Source: Candidatus Eiseniibacteriota bacterium (lineage in GTDB: Bacteria > Eisenbacteria > RBG-16-71-46). Taken from it: a DNA stretch of 64,000 nt. Location: NCBI GenBank assembly GCA_963717505.1, contig OY970342.1, positions 2,048,001-2,112,000 on the forward strand, read 5' to 3'. Of the stretch, positions 59,421 through 64,000 are shown piece after piece; within the stretch, counting starts at the first letter, position 1; every line of letters starts with the position of its first letter. The translations under genes were made by a program, and so were the position numbers. The notes under the pieces are model-generated. The model did no database searches, was not told where the DNA came from, and worked only from the letters and a program-made list of their open reading frames with translations.

Positions 59421-60193
59421 TCGCCGCCGAGTCGTCCGGATCGAAGCCGCGCGGCCTCGCGGTCCTCGGCCCGGGCGATGTTCACGTCTGGCACCTCACG
59501 GTCGACGAAGACGCTCCGTTCGATTCCGCCGGGAACGCGGCGCCGCTGTCGCCGGACGAGCGCGAGCGCGAAGCGCGCCTGGTCTTCGAGAAGGATCGGC
59601 GGCTGTTCCGGTCCGCGCACCTCATGGTCCGCTCCGTGCTCTCCCAGTACGCCGACGTCTCGCCGGACGAATGGCAGTTCGACGGAGATCCGAACGGCAA
59701 GCCGCGAATCCGTGGGCCGCTCGCGACGCCGCAGCCCCTCAGGTTCAACCTGTCCCACACGCGCGGGCTCGCGGCGGTGGCAGTTACCCTCGAAGACGAG
59801 ATCGGCGTCGACGTCGAGCGGCTGGACCCACCCAAGGATCCGGATCTGGCCCGCGTGTGTTTCACCACGGCAGAGCGCGGCTGGCTCGGGGATCCGGCGG
59901 AGCCGAGTCGCTTCTTCGAGCTGTGGACGCTCAAAGAGGCGTATCTCAAGGCACGGGGCGAGGGTCTCTCGCTGCCGCTCCAGAGTTTCTCGGTCCACAC
60001 CTCGGGCCCGCACGCAGCCTCGATCTCGTTCGACGCCGAGCCGGGGTCGCCCCGGATCGACGACGACCCTCGGGCCTGGCAGTTCCATCGTTGCCGGATC
60101 ACGCCGCAGCACGTGCTCGCCGTCGCCCTCAGGCGCCCCTCATCGCGCCCGATGCAGGTGACGCTGCGGGAGTGGCGCCCCCAGAGCCGTTAG
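59417..60193 (+). CDS. Sfp-type 4'-phosphopantetheinyl transferase
   Basis: GKP, FNLSHT, IGVDVE, WTLKEAYLKARG. Confidence 0.92.
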   Translation: MIAAESSGSKPRGLAVLGPGDVHVWHLTVDEDAPFDSAGNAAPLSPDEREREARLVFEKDRRLFRSAHLMVRSVLSQYADVSPDEWQFDGDPNGKPRIRGPLATPQPLRFNLSHTRGLAAVAVTLEDEIGVDVERLDPPKDPDLARVCFTTAERGWLGDPAEPSRFFELWTLKEAYLKARGEGLSLPLQSFSVHTSGPHAASISFDAEPGSPRIDDDPRAWQFHRCRITPQHVLAVALRRPSSRPMQVTLREWRPQSR

Positions 60194-60261
60194 GACCGCC
60201 CGCCGGGAGATGTATCCTGGGCAGGCCTTGGTCTGACCCACGTCCCCGGGGAGCGATTGCC

Positions 60262-60972
60262 ATGTTTCACGTCAGAGTGCTCCGAGCCGTGGCGCCAGTG
60301 GTGGCCGTGATTCTGTGCGGTGCTGCGCCGCCCAAGAAGCTCCCGAAAACCGACCGCTTGTGGACCCACCCCGAGGCCGCGAGTTTCGGCATCGAGCGGA
60401 TCGGACTGCTGCCGGCCGCCACCTACGACCACAATCCGGATGTCGCCAAACAGGTCGAAGTCGCATTCGCCCAAGTGTTCCAGAAGCACGCCTATCGCTG
60501 GATCTCGCCGGGCTCGACCCGCGAAGTCATGAGGGCGCGCGCCGGAGGCGGGGATTCGCTGGTGAATCACGTGCGTGCCTCGCTGCTCGCCTCGGGCCGG
60601 GTCGACTCGGTGCTCGCCCGCGAGCTGTGCGGATACCTGCGCTGTGATGCGGTGCTGTCGTTGCGTGTCGATCAATGGGAACGCCAGGAGCTGGAGTGGA
60701 ACCAGGCCGGGAAGCCGTCCACCACCGTGCGGATCACGGCGTCGCTGGTCGACACGCTCGGGCGCCTGACCTGGTCGGGCTCCGGCATGGAGCGCGGCGA
60801 GGGCTCGGTCAACGATCCGCACGGCGCGGTCGGCGGCGTGACCGCCTCGGGTCTCGACACCAAGCCGATCAAAGCCGAAGCCGGCGCCCCACGTTTTGAT
60901 GAAGTGCTGGTGCCGCTGTTCACGCGCTGGTTCGACTTCTTCCCGGCGCCGCCCGCGAAGACCGCACCGTGA
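60262..60972 (+). CDS. Exported hypothetical protein
   Basis: Hydrophobic N-terminus with Cys, GGGGAG SD, alpha/beta-like body. Confidence 0.6.
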   Translation: MFHVRVLRAVAPVVAVILCGAAPPKKLPKTDRLWTHPEAASFGIERIGLLPAATYDHNPDVAKQVEVAFAQVFQKHAYRWISPGSTREVMRARAGGGDSLVNHVRASLLASGRVDSVLARELCGYLRCDAVLSLRVDQWERQELEWNQAGKPSTTVRITASLVDTLGRLTWSGSGMERGEGSVNDPHGAVGGVTASGLDTKPIKAEAGAPRFDEVLVPLFTRWFDFFPAPPAKTAP

Positions 60973-60994
60973 CGCCGTTCATGCAACCAGAACC

Positions 60995-61489
60995 ATGACG
61001 CTCATCCGCGACGACGAGCAGGGTATGCGCGCAGCCCTGCGGCTGGCGGAAGTGGCGGCCGAACAGAACGAAGTGCCGGTCGGCTGCGTCATCGTCCACG
61101 ACGGTATCGTGATCGGGCGCGGCCACAATCAAACCGAGTCGCTGCAGGACGCCACGGCGCACGCCGAGATCGTGGCGATTGGTGCTGCGTCGAGCACGCT
61201 GTCGAGCTGGCGGCTCATCGACTGCACCCTCTACGTGACGCTCGAGCCGTGTGCCATGTGCGCGGGCGCCATGGTCCTCGCGCGGGTCGGCCGACTGGTG
61301 TATGGCGCCCGCGATCCCAAGGCCGGGGCCTGCGGCTCGGTGCTCGATGTGATCCACGAACGCCGGCTCAACCACCATGTCCAGGTCCAGGAGGGGGTGC
61401 TGGCCGCGGAGTGCGGCGCGATCCTCAAGGAGTTCTTCCAGCGCAAGCGGCGCGAAGTCGGCTCGCGCAGCGAACCCGGTCACGCCTGA
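60995..61489 (+). CDS. tadA: tRNA adenosine(34) deaminase
   Basis: EVPVG, TAHAEI, TLEPCAMCAGA, DPKAGACGS, FFQRKR. Confidence 0.93.
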   Translation: MTLIRDDEQGMRAALRLAEVAAEQNEVPVGCVIVHDGIVIGRGHNQTESLQDATAHAEIVAIGAASSTLSSWRLIDCTLYVTLEPCAMCAGAMVLARVGRLVYGARDPKAGACGSVLDVIHERRLNHHVQVQEGVLAAECGAILKEFFQRKRREVGSRSEPGHA

Positions 61490-61549
61490 GCGCTACGGCC
61501 GCGGGGGCTCCGATTCAAGACCCTGCGGTTTCGGTCCGATAGTGACGTC

Positions 61550-61918
61550 ATGGGGCCAAATCGAGGGTTCACCATCGTCGAGGTGCTGGTCGCCCTCGTG
61601 CTCCTGGCGGTCGGCATCCTGGTGATCGCGCGAGCCTTCCCGGCCGGGTCCCGGCACAGCGTCGAGGACCGCATGCGCACGCAGGCGATCCAATACGCCA
61701 ACGAGAAGATGGAGCAGATCGCGGCGTCGGTGCTCGCCGGAGGCGCACTGGTTCCCGGGGTCTACGGTCCCGAATCGATCCAGGAGCGATGGACCTGCGC
61801 TTATCGGATCGAGCCGCTGGCGTCGCCGCTCGAAGACCTGAGCAGCGTCACCGTCTGGGTGCGCTGGACGACGACGCGGCCGGACTCGGTGGCACTCGTC
61901 ACCTACCTCGGACTCTAG
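61550..61918 (+). CDS. Type IV prepilin-like protein (PilV-like)
   Basis: RG|FTIVEVLVALVLLAVG class III signal. Confidence 0.8.
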   Translation: MGPNRGFTIVEVLVALVLLAVGILVIARAFPAGSRHSVEDRMRTQAIQYANEKMEQIAASVLAGGALVPGVYGPESIQERWTCAYRIEPLASPLEDLSSVTVWVRWTTTRPDSVALVTYLGL

Positions 61919-61919
61919 C

Positions 61920-63164
61920 GTGAACTTCGACCGGGTCGCTGGCGGCGAAGCGAAGGGCGTCGCGTTGGTCGCAGCACTGCTGGTCATGGTGGTGATCTCG
62001 TTGATCGCGACCGCGCTCATGATGACGGTCAACACCAACACCAAGCTCTCGGCGCTCGATGTGCGCGAGACCCAGGCCTTGCGGATCGCGGAGGCCGGAG
62101 TGGCCGAAGCGGTCGCCCGCCTGCGGCGCGGCGACATCACGGACCAGGGCAACCCGCGCATGGTCGCCCAGATCTTCCTGGCCTCGGACGGCAGGCTGCC
62201 GCCGATCGGAGCGGATTCGCTCCCGGTCGCCACCGGCCAACCCGAGGGCGCGTGGTTGACCTACAGCACGGCGTCGCCCGGGCCCGACGCGTTGACCATC
62301 GAGTACAAGACCGATCGCTCGCGGACCAAGATTCTCCGCTACGACGGCAACCAGACCCCGCCGGTCCAGGATCACTCCGGCAGCGCGATCTTTCGCATCA
62401 CCTCGACCGGACGCAAAGGCGAAGCGCGCCGCCGCATCGTGACCGAGGTCACCCAGCGGGCGTTCGACTTGAGCCTCAAGGGCGCGATCGCCGCCGGCGT
62501 CGGCGTCGGGCTCTCGGGGCAGGCCGTGGTCTGTGGGTTCAACCACCGAGTCGACACCCCTGCCCACGCCGGCGATCCCGGCCAGACCGGACCCGGGGGC
62601 TGCAACGAGAATGCGGGACTCAAGCAGTGGGAGACCGGTGACGAGGACCTGCCCGGGATCTGGTGCACCGGCGAGATTTCCCTGGGCACCGACGGACGCC
62701 CCTTCGGTGCACCGCCCCGGCTCGCGGGCCAGGTCCCGCTCTACGAGGGTCCGTGGGAGGTCCTCGGCATGTCCCGGGAGGCGTTCCAGGAATGGATCGG
62801 GCCCGGGCAGCGTGCGGAACCCCATCCGCCACTCGGCCTGGTCCACCTCGACGACAACGCTACCGCGCAGGACGTGTCCGGATCGTTCTCGCTTCATGGC
62901 GGCGATGGCTCGGGCTTCCTGTACGTCGACGGGGATCTGTCGCTCAGCGGTTCGTTCACCTATCGCGGGCTCCTCTACGTGGAAGGTGACCTCGAGGTGA
63001 ACGGTGATGCCTGGATTCTCGGCGCCGTGGTCGCCCGTGGCGGAGTCCGGCAGCGGAGCGGGGGCCGGCTGACGGTGCTCCACAGCCGGGACGCGGTGGG
63101 GCAGTGCGTGCCCCGTGGCCGGGACCGGATCGTGTTCCTCTCGTGGCGGGAAGTCTCGAAGTAA
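61920..63164 (+). CDS. PilX-like minor pilin with C-terminal beta-repeat region
   Basis: KG|VALVAALLVMVV lacking E5, ALRIAEAGV, repeated LYV(D/E)GDL, C-terminal SWRE. Confidence 0.75.
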   Translation: MNFDRVAGGEAKGVALVAALLVMVVISLIATALMMTVNTNTKLSALDVRETQALRIAEAGVAEAVARLRRGDITDQGNPRMVAQIFLASDGRLPPIGADSLPVATGQPEGAWLTYSTASPGPDALTIEYKTDRSRTKILRYDGNQTPPVQDHSGSAIFRITSTGRKGEARRRIVTEVTQRAFDLSLKGAIAAGVGVGLSGQAVVCGFNHRVDTPAHAGDPGQTGPGGCNENAGLKQWETGDEDLPGIWCTGEISLGTDGRPFGAPPRLAGQVPLYEGPWEVLGMSREAFQEWIGPGQRAEPHPPLGLVHLDDNATAQDVSGSFSLHGGDGSGFLYVDGDLSLSGSFTYRGLLYVEGDLEVNGDAWILGAVVARGGVRQRSGGRLTVLHSRDAVGQCVPRGRDRIVFLSWREVSK

Positions 63165-63432
63165 CCCGCTGGTCCCCCTGTCCTTAGCGGACTCCAGCCG
63201 GGGGCCTTCCGCCAGACGCCCTCGCCGATCGCCGGCACGCCCCCTGCGACTCGCCAACAAAAATCCTAACCGGGTAACCCGCTGCTCGACTAGCATGGCA
63301 GGGAACGCAGCTCGTCCTCCTGGCATGAGTCGGGCGTGCGGTGCTTGGATTCAGGCCCGCCGATCCATTGCCGGGGCGGCACAGCCGCGCGGAACTCCCC
63401 CGAGTCCGCACGTCGTCCCGGAGGTCGGTTCT

Positions 63433-64000
63433 ATGGTCCGCGTCCTCGCCCTTTTGTTTGCGGGCATTCTTGCCCTGTCCCCGTTGCCCGCCGCAGCGTT
63501 CCCCGATCCGACCGCAAGCCCGGCCACGAATGCGTCGGTGCCGCGCGAAGTCATCGTCCGGTTCCGCGCCGAGGCCACCGACTGGCAGCGCGACGCGCTG
63601 CGCACCCGCATGAACGGCCGGGTCAAATGGCAGTTCCGGCGGCCCGACGTGCAACTGATCGAACTCGAGTCCGGAACTGCGGAGGACGTCATCCTCCAGC
63701 TCGCGGACGATCCGCTGATCGAGTACATCGAGCCCAACTACCGCGTGCAGATCCTGGCGACGCCGAGCGATCCGCGCTTCTCGGAGCTGTGGGGCATGCG
63801 CAACATCGGACAGACCGGGGGGACCCCTGGAGCCGACATTCGCGCGCTCGCGGCCTGGGACGTGTTCACCGGGGATTCGACGATGCGGGTTGGCGTCATC
63901 GACACCGGCGTCGACTACACCCATCCCGATCTCGCCGCCAATATCTGGACCAATCCTGGGGAGATTCCCGGGAATTCGATCGACGACGACGGCAACGGGT
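63433..64000 (+). CDS. S8 subtilisin-like serine protease (runs off window end)
   Basis: GGAGG SD, signal peptide, propeptide (EVIVRFR..YIEPNY), VGVIDTGVDYTHPDL, NPGEIPGN. Confidence 0.88.
   Translation, partial: MVRVLALLFAGILALSPLPAAAFPDPTASPATNASVPREVIVRFRAEATDWQRDALRTRMNGRVKWQFRRPDVQLIELESGTAEDVILQLADDPLIEYIEPNYRVQILATPSDPRFSELWGMRNIGQTGGTPGADIRALAAWDVFTGDSTMRVGVIDTGVDYTHPDLAANIWTNPGEIPGNSIDDDGNG

Overview
High-GC bacterial chromosomal window from a diderm (LptD, GT9, outer-membrane barrels). The PorX-like regulator next to tsaE suggests an FCB-group relative such as Ca. Eisenbacteria, but this is inference. It holds about 52 CDSs and three tRNAs; no integrase, transposase, rRNA or CRISPR array was recognised. 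Most genes are housekeeping (tsaE, tsaB-rimI, accD, folC, lptD, cbs/cgl, iscS-mnmA, ctpA, tadA). Four loci stand out. (1) A three-gene operon with its own promoter: chorismate mutase-DAHP synthase, carboxy-SAM synthase CmoA and an ICMT/LmtA-type membrane transferase, with no cmoB; a candidate Cx-SAM-dependent lipid or envelope carboxymethylation system. (2) A selenoprotein missed by the ORF track: exported UshA-like fold with a C-G-U motif and SECIS-like hairpin, fused to a tetraheme cytochrome c. (3) A TE-less two-module NRPS with a Lys2-like A domain, an exosortase-type hydrolase 1/2 pair, a GT4 and a PPTase; a candidate glycan peptidylation system. (4) A Cyc2-like cytochrome-porin. Also seen: recurrent leaderless-type promoters and a ~50-bp-stem hairpin containing a G-quadruplex motif. 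Clustered single-base indels (hydantoinase B, cmoA) suggest assembly errors, so single-base anomalies need read-level confirmation. All family calls are from motif recognition by eye, not database searches.
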